Assembly (NCBI GenBank): GCA_964394715.1
Contig: CAYMYR010000007.1
Span: 498 to 64,497, forward strand
DNA from: an uncultured Smithella sp.
GTDB taxonomy: Bacteria > Desulfobacterota > Syntrophia > Syntrophales > Smithellaceae
DNA length: 64,000 bases
Reading direction: 5' to 3'
The notes beneath the pieces were generated by a model. It made no database searches and was not told the DNA's origin. It was given only the letters and a program-made list of their open reading frames with translations. Shown here piece by piece: positions 23,518-34,127 of the stretch (its first letter is position 1; the number at the start of each line of letters is the position of its first letter). The translations under genes were made by a program, and so were the position numbers.

Positions 23518-26238
23518 ATGAAAATGAAAAAAAATATGAATCTCGAAAAGTACACGCAGGCCATTGCCCTGAAGGACGGTTCAATGATCAATTTGAGAGC
23601 CATCAGGGTTGATGATGAAGAAAAACTGATTGCTTTTGTTAATCGTCTCAGCGATCGCAGCAAATTTCTCCGTTTTTCCGGGATGACTGCCTTTACCCCT
23701 GAAGATGCCCGTCGCAGTGCAACCGTTGATTACCATGACCGTTTTGCCATGGTGGCTGTCCGTGGAGAGGGGGCGGATGAAAAGATCATCGGGGTCGGGC
23801 GGTATCATAGGATAGACAATTCCAATAAAGCGGAAACATTCGCTGTCGTTGAAGATTGCTATCAAAAAATGGGAATCGGGACACATCTGTTTGTGATGCT
23901 GGCTTACGCGGCAAAGGAACGCGGTGTTGATTTTTTCGAAGTGGAGATTCTTCGCGAGAATACAGAAGTAATCAAAACGATGCAGAGAAGTGGCCTTGAG
24001 CTGGTCGGCAAGTCGGAGAAGAACGACAAATGGAGAGCTACTTACCGTCTTGTACCAACGCTTTCTGCAGAAATTAAGCAGGAAGAACACGAGAAAATAT
24101 CCTCTGTTGCTTCCATTACAAGATTTATGAGACCAAAGTCCATAGCCGTACTGGGAGCATCTAATAAGCCCGGCATCGGCAATGAGTTTATCAAAAACCT
24201 GATTGGTTACGGTTATAAGGGAGTCATCTACCCTATTAATCCCCGGGCAGAATATATTTCATACATCAAAACGTATCCTTCCATTATGGATGTGCCGGGC
24301 GATGTCGATCTTGCGGTAATGGTTGTTGCCAGCGAAAAGGTGCAGCCGCTGGTTGAAGAATGCGCGAGAAAGGGCGTAAAGGCACTGGTGGTGATAACGG
24401 CCGGATTTTCGGAAATGGGCGGGGAGGGTATCGAAAGAGAAAAAAAGCTGATCAGCGCCGCCCGGGCTTATGGCATGCGCATTATCGGCCCCAACTGTCT
24501 CGGCATTATCAACAACGATCCCGATGTCATCATGAATGCATCATTTGCAGGCGGTGGCAACGTGCGATTTGGCAAAATTGCGTTGGGGTCGCAAAGCGGA
24601 GCTCTGGGTGGGGCTCTCCTGCTCTACTGCAGAAACATCGGTATGGGACTTTCCAGTTTCTTCAGCATCGGTAACCGTGCGGATGTGTCCGACAATGAGC
24701 TTTTACAATACTGGGCGGAAGATAAGAATACCAATGTTATCCTGCTTTATCTTGAGTCCTTTAAAGAACCACGCAGATTCGCACGCATTGCCCGTGAAAC
24801 CACGCTAAAAAAACCTATCCTTGTCGTAAAGAGCGGGCGTTCTTCCGTGGGGGCCCGTGCCGCGGCATCGCATACAGGAGCGATGATGTCGGATGACATC
24901 GCCAGTGATGCACTCTTCAGACAAGCAGGCATTTTACGGTGCGACACCCTGGAGGAATTCTTTAATGCGGCCATTTTGCTGGATTACCAACCCCTTCCGA
25001 AAGGCAATAAAGTAGCGGTGCTGACCAATGGAGGCGGCGCGGGCATTATGGCTGCTGACGCGCTCTCTGCCAAAGGTTTTCAGTTTCCGGTATTGTCGGA
25101 AAAGACAAGAAACGAATTAAAGTCGTTCCTGCCATCCAAGTCAAGCTATGTGAACCCGATCGACACGACAGCAGGAGTTATGCCTGACCAATATGCAAGA
25201 ACGATGAAACTATTACTGGAAGAAGATATCGATGCCCTCATTGTGATTTATATCCGGCCAATCCCGGAACTGTTGGAACCCATGATTCAGGCTATCCGGC
25301 AGGTTGCGCCTGAATTCCGTAAGAAGGGTATCCCTGTCATGCTTTCTTTGCTGGGTGCAGACCCGAAATACAAACTGATCGGGTCCCCGGAAGAAGGTTA
25401 TATCCCCGAATACACTTTTCCCGAGGCAACCGCGTTTTCCCTGGCCAAAGCGTATGAATACTATGAATACACAAGACAACCGAAAGGCAAAATACCAAAA
25501 TTCGATGAAATCAATAAAAAGGCCGCTGAAGCCATTATTAAAGCAGCCCTGGAAAGAAGCCGTTCTGCTCAGACATGGCTGGACTCGGATGAGATTGCTA
25601 ACCTGTTTGATATTTACGGTATCCGCTCTGCCGGTTCCAGAATCGCCCTGACGGCTCAAGAAGCCGCACAGACCGCAGAGCGCATCGGTTATCCGGTGGC
25701 GGTGAAGCTCTACTCTCCGACGATAACCCACAAAACCGATGTGGGAGGTGTCATTCTGAATTTAAAATCAGCGGATGCTGTAATCGACGCCTACAATCAG
25801 GTCCGTAAGAACCTCGATCAAATATCCAGAGGAAATGAAATGAAAGGCGTTACGGTCCAAAAAATGCTTGCAGGCGGTGTGGAACTCATTGTTGGTGTAA
25901 CCCAGGACAAAAACTTCGGTCCGTTAATCATGTTCGGGTTAGGTGGTGTCTACGCTGAACTCTTTAAAGATGTCACTTTTAGAATTCATCCGTTGACGGA
26001 TGTTGATGCAGATAGCATGATCAATGCTTTTAGATCTCATAAAATCCTGGATGGCTGGAGAGGCGCTCCTCCTTCGGATATTCACGCCATCAAGGAACTG
26101 CTGCTGAGGATCTCAGCCCTGATAGAAGATATTCCCGAGATACAGGAAATGGACTTGAATCCGATTATGGCCATGGGAACCGGTCAGGGCTGCTGCGTGG
26201 CGGATGCCCGCATATCGATCATGCCCGTTAATGAATAA
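23518..26238 (+). CDS. GNAT acetyltransferase fused to ADP-forming acetyl-CoA synthetase-like (CoA-binding + ligase + ATP-grasp) protein
   Basis: N-terminal GNAT domain (YQKMGIGTHL). CoA-binding domain (SIAVLGASNKPG...YPINP). ATP-grasp domain (GYPVAVKLYSPTITHKTDVGGV). 906 aa. Confidence 0.8.
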   Translation: MKMKKNMNLEKYTQAIALKDGSMINLRAIRVDDEEKLIAFVNRLSDRSKFLRFSGMTAFTPEDARRSATVDYHDRFAMVAVRGEGADEKIIGVGRYHRIDNSNKAETFAVVEDCYQKMGIGTHLFVMLAYAAKERGVDFFEVEILRENTEVIKTMQRSGLELVGKSEKNDKWRATYRLVPTLSAEIKQEEHEKISSVASITRFMRPKSIAVLGASNKPGIGNEFIKNLIGYGYKGVIYPINPRAEYISYIKTYPSIMDVPGDVDLAVMVVASEKVQPLVEECARKGVKALVVITAGFSEMGGEGIEREKKLISAARAYGMRIIGPNCLGIINNDPDVIMNASFAGGGNVRFGKIALGSQSGALGGALLLYCRNIGMGLSSFFSIGNRADVSDNELLQYWAEDKNTNVILLYLESFKEPRRFARIARETTLKKPILVVKSGRSSVGARAAASHTGAMMSDDIASDALFRQAGILRCDTLEEFFNAAILLDYQPLPKGNKVAVLTNGGGAGIMAADALSAKGFQFPVLSEKTRNELKSFLPSKSSYVNPIDTTAGVMPDQYARTMKLLLEEDIDALIVIYIRPIPELLEPMIQAIRQVAPEFRKKGIPVMLSLLGADPKYKLIGSPEEGYIPEYTFPEATAFSLAKAYEYYEYTRQPKGKIPKFDEINKKAAEAIIKAALERSRSAQTWLDSDEIANLFDIYGIRSAGSRIALTAQEAAQTAERIGYPVAVKLYSPTITHKTDVGGVILNLKSADAVIDAYNQVRKNLDQISRGNEMKGVTVQKMLAGGVELIVGVTQDKNFGPLIMFGLGGVYAELFKDVTFRIHPLTDVDADSMINAFRSHKILDGWRGAPPSDIHAIKELLLRISALIEDIPEIQEMDLNPIMAMGTGQGCCVADARISIMPVNE

Positions 26239-26285
26239 CTGGATGGACTTGCGGTCAAGCAGGCTGTATTTCTGCCCCTGCCTTT

Positions 26286-26951
26286 TTAATGTCGGGACTG
26301 TTTTCGCAGTCCGTCCAGAAATCTGTCCAGTGTTTCCGCGTATAGAGATCGGTATTCATCTTTTCCCAGGATGGTCTTCTCCAGTTTTTTTAACTGGATG
26401 ACTCCGTTAAACGCGCTCCACAGAATGATCGCCTGCCTCCGGGGATCCACCGGCTTGAACTCGCCGTTGTCGATGCCTTCCCGGATGGCCGCGGCAAGCA
26501 TGGAGATGCTGGCGTTGCCGTGCTCGTCAATGACTTTCTTCAAGTTCGGAGGGAAAATGGTTTCGGGAGACGTCAGAAAGTAAGTGATGATATCAAAATA
26601 ACTTTTGTGATCCTCACTGAACCTCAGGTAGGCCAATGCGATCGAGCGGATTTTTTTCTCCGGGGTCGGTTTTTTAGCGACTGCCTGACGAACCGCATGA
26701 TGGAGCAACTCCAGCCCTTCCAGCTGAAGGGCCGCGAAGAGTTCTTCTTTGTCCTTGAAATAAAAATAGATAGCTCCAACGCTTAATTCGGCACGTTTGG
26801 CAATCTGATTAATGGATGTGGCGTTCATTCCCTTTCCCAGAAGCAGTTCTCTTGCCGCGTCCAGGATATGACTCTTTCTCTGTTCTTTTTCTCTTTCCCG
26901 TCGTTCCTTGGCGCCCATCATACAGTCCTTTACATATTCTTTGTTTTTCAC
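26286..26951 (-). CDS. TetR-family transcriptional regulator
   Basis: HTH TSINQIAKRAELSVGAIYFYFKDKEELF. 221 aa. Confidence 0.85.
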   Translation of the reverse strand: MKNKEYVKDCMMGAKERREREKEQRKSHILDAARELLLGKGMNATSINQIAKRAELSVGAIYFYFKDKEELFAALQLEGLELLHHAVRQAVAKKPTPEKKIRSIALAYLRFSEDHKSYFDIITYFLTSPETIFPPNLKKVIDEHGNASISMLAAAIREGIDNGEFKPVDPRRQAIILWSAFNGVIQLKKLEKTILGKDEYRSLYAETLDRFLDGLRKQSRH

Positions 26952-27062
26952 TGGTCGGTTTTCCTGCTTACTCCATCCCAGGCTGATTAAATCAAAAAAT
27001 GAATTGCTCTTCTTGTCGCGATCGAAAGATCAGCATACCATAAACCTCATTGGAAAAGTTCC

Positions 27063-27314
27063 TTACTCCGATTCTTCCGGTTTCCGTACGTCTCGAATTT
27101 CAAACCATGGCTTCTGACGCTTGAAGGGGCACCAGGCTGCCTTGCAGTAATGCACAGGGTCTTCGGGAGGTGCTTTTACGGTACGTGATGTCGCCTGCCG
27201 GTTTTCCCTGAGCCACGCCTCGGCTTCAGCCAGTGTGTTCACATATCCCGCAGAATAAGTCGTCCTGCCGCGGCAATGGACAAAACCATAAATAAGTTCA
27301 TATTGCTCAGGCAT
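27063..27314 (-). CDS. Hypothetical protein (83 aa)
   Basis: An ORF only, starting 14 nt after the ADH stop on the same strand. No motif recognised. Confidence 0.35.
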   Translation of the reverse strand: MPEQYELIYGFVHCRGRTTYSAGYVNTLAEAEAWLRENRQATSRTVKAPPEDPVHYCKAAWCPFKRQKPWFEIRDVRKPEESE

Positions 27315-27328
27315 ATGGTATCCATTTC

Positions 27329-28351
27329 CTAGAATTCCTCACCGATCCGGAACAGTACTTTTGTGACCAAACCGGTATCAATTTTTTCACGATAAACGGC
27401 AGGCAGGCGTTCCAGGGGTTCAATATCGGAGATCATCGGCCGCGCGTCAATCTTCCCTTCGTCCATCCATTGCAGACACTGGATATTTTCCTGGTGCGAA
27501 TTGGAGATGGACGTTGTCAAACGGATTTCCTTGAGATTCATGAGGAACGGCGCGGAGATGGTGAGCGGAGAAAAGATCATGCTCACGATGCAGATTTCCC
27601 CGTTGTCCATTGAAAGATTGATTGCACGGTCAATATTGGATTTGATGCCGGAGCATTCAAAGATTTTCTGAAATCCGCCGGGAGCAATTGTTGCGGCCTG
27701 TGCGTCTGTATCTTTTTCGAGGGGGTTGAAGACATGGTCGGCCCCATAAAGGAGGGCGATATCCCGCTTTGCCTTTATCGGTTCGAACAGCACGATCGGG
27801 CCATAACCCAGGATTTTGAGAATGCGAACCGCGCAAAGGCCGATGGGGCCGCCTCCCATAACCAGAACAGAGCCTTTTGCACCGCTTGTGCAATGAATCG
27901 CATGCAGCGCTGCGGCAAATGTTTCTGCGAGTGCGGCGTTACGGGAATCGACCCCCTCCGGAATGGGGATCAGCATCTGCGGATAGACCTTAACGTACTC
28001 GGCAAACCCACCCGGTAAATCGCCAATCCCCGTGGTCCGCCTGTGCACACGACAGAGGTGTTCTTTACCGGAGAGGCAGCTTGCACATTTACCGCAGTAT
28101 GTCGGTCTGATGCAAACTTTTGTGCCCACGGCGGGGCCTCCCGCCTGTTCGCCTTTTTCTACAACCACTCCACTGATTTCATGACCGATGATATAGCCCT
28201 CGGGCAGAAGCCCGCCGGTCACCAGGGAATGATCGGAACCGCAAAAACCCGTATTGGCCACCTTGACCAGCACTTCGTCTTCAGCAACTTTATAATCAGG
28301 CACGTCTTCATAAACCAGTCCCTGTGCCTTTCGAAATACAACAGCTTTCAT
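27329..28351 (-). CDS. Zinc-dependent alcohol dehydrogenase (MDR family, threonine/sorbitol/butanediol-DH-like)
   Basis: GFCGSDHS, GHEISG, structural-zinc motif CGKCASCLSGKEHLC, and Rossmann motif VMGGGPIGL. Confidence 0.85.
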   Translation of the reverse strand: MKAVVFRKAQGLVYEDVPDYKVAEDEVLVKVANTGFCGSDHSLVTGGLLPEGYIIGHEISGVVVEKGEQAGGPAVGTKVCIRPTYCGKCASCLSGKEHLCRVHRRTTGIGDLPGGFAEYVKVYPQMLIPIPEGVDSRNAALAETFAAALHAIHCTSGAKGSVLVMGGGPIGLCAVRILKILGYGPIVLFEPIKAKRDIALLYGADHVFNPLEKDTDAQAATIAPGGFQKIFECSGIKSNIDRAINLSMDNGEICIVSMIFSPLTISAPFLMNLKEIRLTTSISNSHQENIQCLQWMDEGKIDARPMISDIEPLERLPAVYREKIDTGLVTKVLFRIGEEF

Positions 28352-28381
28352 GATTTTCCTCCCGGTTCCGGAATGCCGCTG

Positions 28382-29671
28382 CTAGTCTTCATGTTCCAGG
28401 GTAATTCTTTCCACCTTGGCCAAATCCCTTTTATAGAAGAAGGAGCCAATAAAGAAAAGGCCCGATGCCGCCACAAGAAACAACGGCAGCATCGCTACCG
28501 CCGTAGCGATTCCGTATTTGTCGGACATGGCACCGATGAAGACCGGCCCTACGGATGCTCCCAGGAGGTTCTGCACGATGACGCAAAAGGCGTATGAAAC
28601 CGCGCGAAGTCCCGGATGGACCACGTCCTGGGTGACCGCTGCGGCGGCCGGCACGAAGGTCATCACAGTCAGTCCGCCGGCCAAAAGAAGAATATACTGG
28701 GTGGAGCCGGTGAACAATACAAAGGCCATGTAGAAGATGACAGCGGACAGGATGGCGGAGAGGGCGGACAGCAGAAGGCGAGCGTTTTCGCGCTTTTTCG
28801 TCCACATGTCGGCCAAAAAGCCTCCCAGGGGAGCGCCCACGATGGCCATCATCATGATGATGCCAACCTTCATTCCTGCCTGATCTACGGGGATGTTGTA
28901 GACGCGGTTCAGATAACTGGGAAGCCATGTCATCAGCGACGAGGTCACAAAGACCATGGCGGCAAATCCGAAGTAGGTCAAAATCAGCGAGGGCGTGTGG
29001 AGAAATTCACGCGCGATTTCGCCGGTTTTCATTTTGACCTTGGCGGAGGTTTCCTTGACCGTTTTCGTCAATTCAACGGTTTTATAGTCTTTGACGAAGA
29101 AAAAGAGAATTGCGACGATCAGTCCCGGAAGCGCCACCAGTCCGAAGGCATGGCGCCATCCCCAGTGGGTGGCGATGATTCCTCCCAGAGCAATTCCCAC
29201 GGCGCTTCCCAGGGGGATCGACATGTTCCAGATTCCCATCATGCGGGATCTCTTTTCCTCCGGATAAAGGCCGGCAATCATGGCAGTTCCCCCCGGAGCA
29301 TAGCCCGCCTCCCCGATGCCGATCAACATTCTGGCTGCCCGAAGCTGCGAGAAGCTCCGGGTAAGGGCGCAGGCCGCCGTGGCCAGACTCCATATGATCG
29401 CCATCAAACCGATGCTCTTCTTGCGGCTCCAGCGGTCCACGAGGATGGAGACGGGAAAAGTAAAAATGACGATCGACCAGTAAACCGCGGAAACCAGCAT
29501 GCCGCACTGTGCGTCGGTTATTCCCCAATCCGCTTTGATGAAGGGAAACAGAGACGTAACCACCAACCTGTCCACGTAGTCAAAAAAGTAGAGTAGGAAC
29601 AACAGGATAAAGATGTAGTTGGTGTACCCTTTTGATAGCTTGTATTCCTTGGGCGAAGTCAAGTTATTCAT
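28382..29671 (-). CDS. MFS transporter, anion:cation-symporter-like
   Basis: About 12 hydrophobic segments. N-terminal FFDYVDRLVV pattern and MFS motif A (LVDRWSRKKS). Confidence 0.8.
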   Translation of the reverse strand: MNNLTSPKEYKLSKGYTNYIFILLFLLYFFDYVDRLVVTSLFPFIKADWGITDAQCGMLVSAVYWSIVIFTFPVSILVDRWSRKKSIGLMAIIWSLATAACALTRSFSQLRAARMLIGIGEAGYAPGGTAMIAGLYPEEKRSRMMGIWNMSIPLGSAVGIALGGIIATHWGWRHAFGLVALPGLIVAILFFFVKDYKTVELTKTVKETSAKVKMKTGEIAREFLHTPSLILTYFGFAAMVFVTSSLMTWLPSYLNRVYNIPVDQAGMKVGIIMMMAIVGAPLGGFLADMWTKKRENARLLLSALSAILSAVIFYMAFVLFTGSTQYILLLAGGLTVMTFVPAAAAVTQDVVHPGLRAVSYAFCVIVQNLLGASVGPVFIGAMSDKYGIATAVAMLPLFLVAASGLFFIGSFFYKRDLAKVERITLEHED

Positions 29672-29735
29672 ACGAATTCCTCATTTTATTTAAAAGGTTT
29701 GGCTTGCCAGGCCGTTCGAAACAGTAAATCCCAAC

Positions 29736-31433
29736 TTACTGACATTTATATCCTCCGAGATTGGCCAGGGCAACGCTGCCGGGGCTGATCACAGACGAAT
29801 CTACCTTGACGTTGATGCAGGCCGTTTTCCCGGAGGCAAAGGCCGCTTCGAGCGCAGGCCGGATGTCTTCCGGTTTTTCAACAAAGGTGCCGAAGCCTCC
29901 CAAAACCTCCACCATCTTATGGTAATCCACCCAGCCCAGTTCCGTTCCATTCGGGATGCTGTGCCCCAGACGCAGCTGCTGGCTGTGCGCGATCATTCCC
30001 CAGGACTGATCATTGGCGATTACGACCACGATGGGCAGCTTCTTGCGGATCGCCGTATGAAACTCCATGAAGTTGAAACCGGCCGATCCGTCGCCCATAA
30101 CCAAGAGTACGCGCCTGTCCGGGTGTTTGAGCTTGGCCGCATTGGCGTAAGGGATGCCGACGGCCAGGCAGCCGTAAAGACCGTAATCCAGATAGGTCCC
30201 ACCTTTGACAACGGTCCGGGTCATGCCCATCCAGGTGGATGTGTCGCCGCCGTCGGCGACAACGATGTCATCTTCCCGGTCCATGAATTTATTGATTTCA
30301 TTGGCCAGACGCATGGGATGCATGGGCAGGGTTGCGCACTCCCACAAGGGTTGTGCTTCTTTTTTGCCGGCATCATGGGCGGTTCGGACGGTAGCCAGCC
30401 AGGGCTGGTACTGTGCCTTGAGAGTGTCGGCGATCTTTTGTTCATCGAGGTTAGCGTTGAGCTCCTTGAGGAATGACTTGGTGTCGCTTACGATACCGAG
30501 ATCAATCGTCCGGTTGCGCCCGATTTCATCCGGGGCGATGTCAACCTGAATAAATTTCGCCGTCGACGGGAAAATTTCACCGAAGATATAAAACAGACTC
30601 AACCGACCGCCCAGGAAGAGCACCAGGTCCGTGGTCATCAGCGTGATCATGGCCGAGCCGGGGCGGATGGCCAGAGAACCTTCAAAGCAAAGGGGATGGG
30701 TATCGGGGATAACGCCTCTTCCGGCGCCTGCCGTATAAATCGGGATACCGATCTTTTCCACGAATTCGATAATCTCTTTTTCCGCATCCGAATACCACAG
30801 ACCGCTTCCGCCGATCACAATCGGGTTTTTGGCCGCCTTGAGCAGGTCGACCACCTTCAGGGTATTCTCACGGTCAACGGGTTTGGATGAAAGCGTTGTG
30901 CGGGGCTTCTTGACAGCTGCCATATCCACCCTGGCATTCAGGACATTGCAGGGGAACTCCAGGTAGACCGGTCCGGGCCGTCCGCTCATGGCCGCCCGGA
31001 AGGCCATATCGACGTATTCGGGGATGCGTTCCGGAACATAGCAGACGAAGGCCTTCTTCACCATCGGCTCAATAACCGGTAGCTGTGTCATATCCTGCAG
31101 GTCCAGTTTTTCCGCTGCTTCGGTTCCCACGCAGCCGGCAATCAAAATGACCGGTGCGTTGGAGAGCCTGGCGCTGGCGATGCCGCTCAGGGCATTGGTG
31201 AATCCCGGTCCGGCCGTAACCATAGCCACCGCGGGCTTACGGTTCATCCGGGCCGAGGCCTCGGCCATAAAGACCGCCGCCTGTTCATGGCGAACGTCAA
31301 AAATCGTGATGGGTGTATTCTCCAGATACTGGTAAATCGGCGTAATATGCCCGCCGCTCAGGGAATAGATGTAATCCACACCCCGGTCGACCAAAGCATC
31401 CGCGACGAGCTTGCCACCAATAATGTTTTCCAT
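29736..31433 (-). CDS. Thiamine-diphosphate enzyme, acetolactate synthase / oxalyl-CoA decarboxylase superfamily, substrate unknown
   Basis: Start moved to ATG 31433 (AGGAGG 8 nt upstream). Motifs VRHEQAAVFMAEA, GPGFTNA and the TPP motif GDGSAGFNFMEFHTAIRKKLPIVVVIANDQSWG. Confidence 0.85.
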   Translation of the reverse strand: MENIIGGKLVADALVDRGVDYIYSLSGGHITPIYQYLENTPITIFDVRHEQAAVFMAEASARMNRKPAVAMVTAGPGFTNALSGIASARLSNAPVILIAGCVGTEAAEKLDLQDMTQLPVIEPMVKKAFVCYVPERIPEYVDMAFRAAMSGRPGPVYLEFPCNVLNARVDMAAVKKPRTTLSSKPVDRENTLKVVDLLKAAKNPIVIGGSGLWYSDAEKEIIEFVEKIGIPIYTAGAGRGVIPDTHPLCFEGSLAIRPGSAMITLMTTDLVLFLGGRLSLFYIFGEIFPSTAKFIQVDIAPDEIGRNRTIDLGIVSDTKSFLKELNANLDEQKIADTLKAQYQPWLATVRTAHDAGKKEAQPLWECATLPMHPMRLANEINKFMDREDDIVVADGGDTSTWMGMTRTVVKGGTYLDYGLYGCLAVGIPYANAAKLKHPDRRVLLVMGDGSAGFNFMEFHTAIRKKLPIVVVIANDQSWGMIAHSQQLRLGHSIPNGTELGWVDYHKMVEVLGGFGTFVEKPEDIRPALEAAFASGKTACINVKVDSSVISPGSVALANLGGYKCQ

Positions 31434-31466
31434 AATCAATCCTCCTAATGATCGGTACATTGACCG

Positions 31467-32306
31467 TTATAATTCCATACATTGCCCGCCATCAATATTA
31501 ATGGCCTGTCCGGTAATATAGCGCGAAGCGTCTGAGCCAAGGAAGGCAACCAGATCGGCCACTTCACGGGGTGGTCCGATGTAGCCCAGCGGAATCGTTT
31601 TGCACATTTCTTTTTCCCGCTCTTCAATTGTCGTTCCGAAAAAAGACGCCTCCAGTCCGAAACGCCACTTCTCCAGATCCGTGGCGATTTGCCCCGGACA
31701 GATAGCGTTCACACGAATGCCGCTTCCACCCATCTCTTTAGCCATGGTCTTTGTCAGCATGATGACGCCGGCCTTGGCCACCGCATAGGCACTGTTAAAA
31801 ATGGGAGGGACCTTGCCGGCCCGGGAGGCCGTGTTGATGATGCTTGCGGGTTTACCCGTCATAAGTGGGATGACAGCACGCGAGACGCGAAAGACCGAAA
31901 ACAGGTTTACGTCAATCGTTTTGATCCACGCCGCTTCATCATATCCCAGAACCGTATTGGGCACGCCGAAGGAAGCCCCCGCATTGTTGCAGAGAATATC
32001 GACATGGTCAAAACTGTCCGTGATGGTTTTCACCATTTCGGCAATGGCCTGATGGTTCGTAAGGTCGACGGGCACAGCCAGCGTCCGGACGCCGTAAGTC
32101 TTTGCCAGTTCGACGGCAATAGCCGTCATCTCTTCACTCGTAGCAGATTTCAAAGATTGGTCCGACGGCGGCGCGATGCCCAGATCGGCGATGACGATAT
32201 TGCAGCCGCAGGACGCCAGTTTTTGCGCAATTGCATAGCCAATGCCCGTTTTCTTGCCGGATCCTGTGACAATGGCTGTCTTTTCTTTCAAATCACTATA
32301 AATCAT
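31467..32306 (-). CDS. Short-chain dehydrogenase/reductase (FabG-like)
   Basis: Start moved to ATG 32306 (GAAGGAGG 5 nt upstream), overlapping the upstream gene's stop by 11 nt. Motifs [17 protein letters not shown] and YAVAKAG. Confidence 0.85.
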   Translation of the reverse strand: MIYSDLKEKTAIVTGSGKKTGIGYAIAQKLASCGCNIVIADLGIAPPSDQSLKSATSEEMTAIAVELAKTYGVRTLAVPVDLTNHQAIAEMVKTITDSFDHVDILCNNAGASFGVPNTVLGYDEAAWIKTIDVNLFSVFRVSRAVIPLMTGKPASIINTASRAGKVPPIFNSAYAVAKAGVIMLTKTMAKEMGGSGIRVNAICPGQIATDLEKWRFGLEASFFGTTIEEREKEMCKTIPLGYIGPPREVADLVAFLGSDASRYITGQAINIDGGQCMEL

Positions 32307-34059
32307 CGGTTCCTCCTTCATCGTACCAGTTATGATGGTCCAGGTGAGCGTACTTGGGCAGAAAACGGGTCGGCAAAGCCAATGCATCTTTCCGGAAAGG
32401 CGGGGCCAGCTGCTTGCCATCCACCAGAAATTCGAGAACCGTGGGCTTGCGGCTTTTCAGGCAGGCATCCAATGCTCCCCGGATATCCGCAGGCTTGCTG
32501 ACCTGCATACTGTTGGCGCCCATCGCCTTTGCCACAGGGACAAAGCTTTCCGGATTGGGAATATCGACGCCAATGAAACGGTTATTGTAAAAGTCCACCT
32601 GGTTTTTCGCCTCGGCGCCCCACCACATGTTGCGGAAAACACAGGCAACGACGGGCAGGTTGTGTTCAACGGCCGTGCTTACCTCATGGAGGCTCATGCC
32701 CCACGCACCATCGCCGATGATCGCGATGACCGGTGCCTTGCGTCGGGCGATCTGTGCGCCCAGGGCCGCGGGATAAGCAAAACCCGTATTGCCGAAAGTG
32801 AGCGCCGCGATATGCTGCCGGGGGTGATTGAACTTCAGGTAACTGTTGGCCGTGGAGGCGACGTTTCCGATATCCGTCGTGACAATGGCATCCTCCGGGA
32901 GGGCCCTGGAGATTTCCAGTAGGACACGGCGGGGATTCATGGGATTGCCCTCCACCATTGCCAGAGAGACAATCTCTTTTTCCCAGATCTTTTTTTCCCT
33001 CGCGACGGCGGCCAGACGTTTTTCATTGGGCTTACGTTTCCCGTCCACGGCCTTGAGGCGCTTCAGGATTTCCACCGTGGCCTCCTTTGCGTCACCGATA
33101 ATGCCGACCTCGATGGGATGGGTCCGCGCGATATGCTTGGGATTGATGTCAATCTGAATAATCTTCGCATTCTCCGGGAAGTAGTTGATATCATACTGGG
33201 GCAGCGTCCCAAAGACAGAGAGGCGTGTGCCGATGGCCAGCATAACGTCGGCCCTGGCCAATGTCTTCATGGCCGCCTTGGAGCCCATGTAGCCGATGGG
33301 ACCGACGAACAGCGGATGGTTTCCGTAAAACGCGTCGTTGTGGAGATAGGTCACGGCAACGGGGGCCGTCAGGTGTTCGGCGATCGCCTTCACGATATCG
33401 AGCGCGTCGGCATCCACGACACCGCGTCCGGAAACGATAACGGGGTTTTTGGCTTTGGAAAGCAGTTCGGCGGCCCGGTTCAGCTGTTCCATGGAACCAC
33501 AGCCGCGGTCGTCTACACGGTACTGCGAGGGTTTCAGGATTTTATCCTCCAGTTCGCCATAGAAGTAGTCGCGCGGGATGTCATACAGGACGGCACCGCG
33601 ATCGGCATAGGCGATGCGGAAGGCCGTCCGCAGACAATCAGCCGCGCGTTTGGGATGCGGCACACGGACAACCGCCTTCGTTACCGAACGGAAAACGGAC
33701 ATCTGGTCGCACTCCTGGAAGCCGTCCCAGCCGATTGTGGGTGTTCCGGCCGAGGGCGAAATAATCACCAGGGGCGTATGGCCCATGTTTGCCGCGGCAA
33801 CTGACGTCACCATGTTCGTAATGCCGGGGCCGTTCTGGCCTGTGACGACGCCGCAGCGGCCGGATATGCGGCTGTACGCATCTTCCATGTGGGCGGCGCT
33901 CTGTTCATGACGGACGGGGATGAACTTGATCCCGGCCGTCGGGAAGAGGTCAAGCATGTCCATGAACGCTGATCCGACGATGCCGCATACATGATCCACG
34001 CCTTCCGCAAGCAGCGTCTCAACGATGGCTTCGCTGGGTGTCATTTTAATCTTTTTCAT
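32296..34059 (-). CDS. xsc: TPP enzyme, probable sulfoacetaldehyde acetyltransferase (Xsc-like)
   Basis: Start moved to ATG 34059 (GGAGGT 7 nt upstream), giving 587 aa. The blocks [61 protein letters not shown] and [17 protein letters not shown] match my memory of characterised Xsc better than IlvB or Gcl. The TPP-enzyme call is secure. The Xsc assignment is tentative and was not checked by alignment. Confidence 0.6.
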   Translation of the reverse strand: MKKIKMTPSEAIVETLLAEGVDHVCGIVGSAFMDMLDLFPTAGIKFIPVRHEQSAAHMEDAYSRISGRCGVVTGQNGPGITNMVTSVAAANMGHTPLVIISPSAGTPTIGWDGFQECDQMSVFRSVTKAVVRVPHPKRAADCLRTAFRIAYADRGAVLYDIPRDYFYGELEDKILKPSQYRVDDRGCGSMEQLNRAAELLSKAKNPVIVSGRGVVDADALDIVKAIAEHLTAPVAVTYLHNDAFYGNHPLFVGPIGYMGSKAAMKTLARADVMLAIGTRLSVFGTLPQYDINYFPENAKIIQIDINPKHIARTHPIEVGIIGDAKEATVEILKRLKAVDGKRKPNEKRLAAVAREKKIWEKEIVSLAMVEGNPMNPRRVLLEISRALPEDAIVTTDIGNVASTANSYLKFNHPRQHIAALTFGNTGFAYPAALGAQIARRKAPVIAIIGDGAWGMSLHEVSTAVEHNLPVVACVFRNMWWGAEAKNQVDFYNNRFIGVDIPNPESFVPVAKAMGANSMQVSKPADIRGALDACLKSRKPTVLEFLVDGKQLAPPFRKDALALPTRFLPKYAHLDHHNWYDEGGTDDL

Positions 34060-34127
34060 TTTGATTACCTCCACTATCGATTCATTGTTGAATGGTTGAA
34101 AAACGCGGTCGTTCACGGCCCGTTTCA

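Noticed and set aside
28431-29596. 326-aa plus-strand ORF 28616..29596 and other frames overlapping the MFS transporter gene
   Set aside because: The products are highly charged and low in complexity (runs of G, D, H, R), with no SD. The minus-strand frame gives a coherent 12-TM MFS protein.
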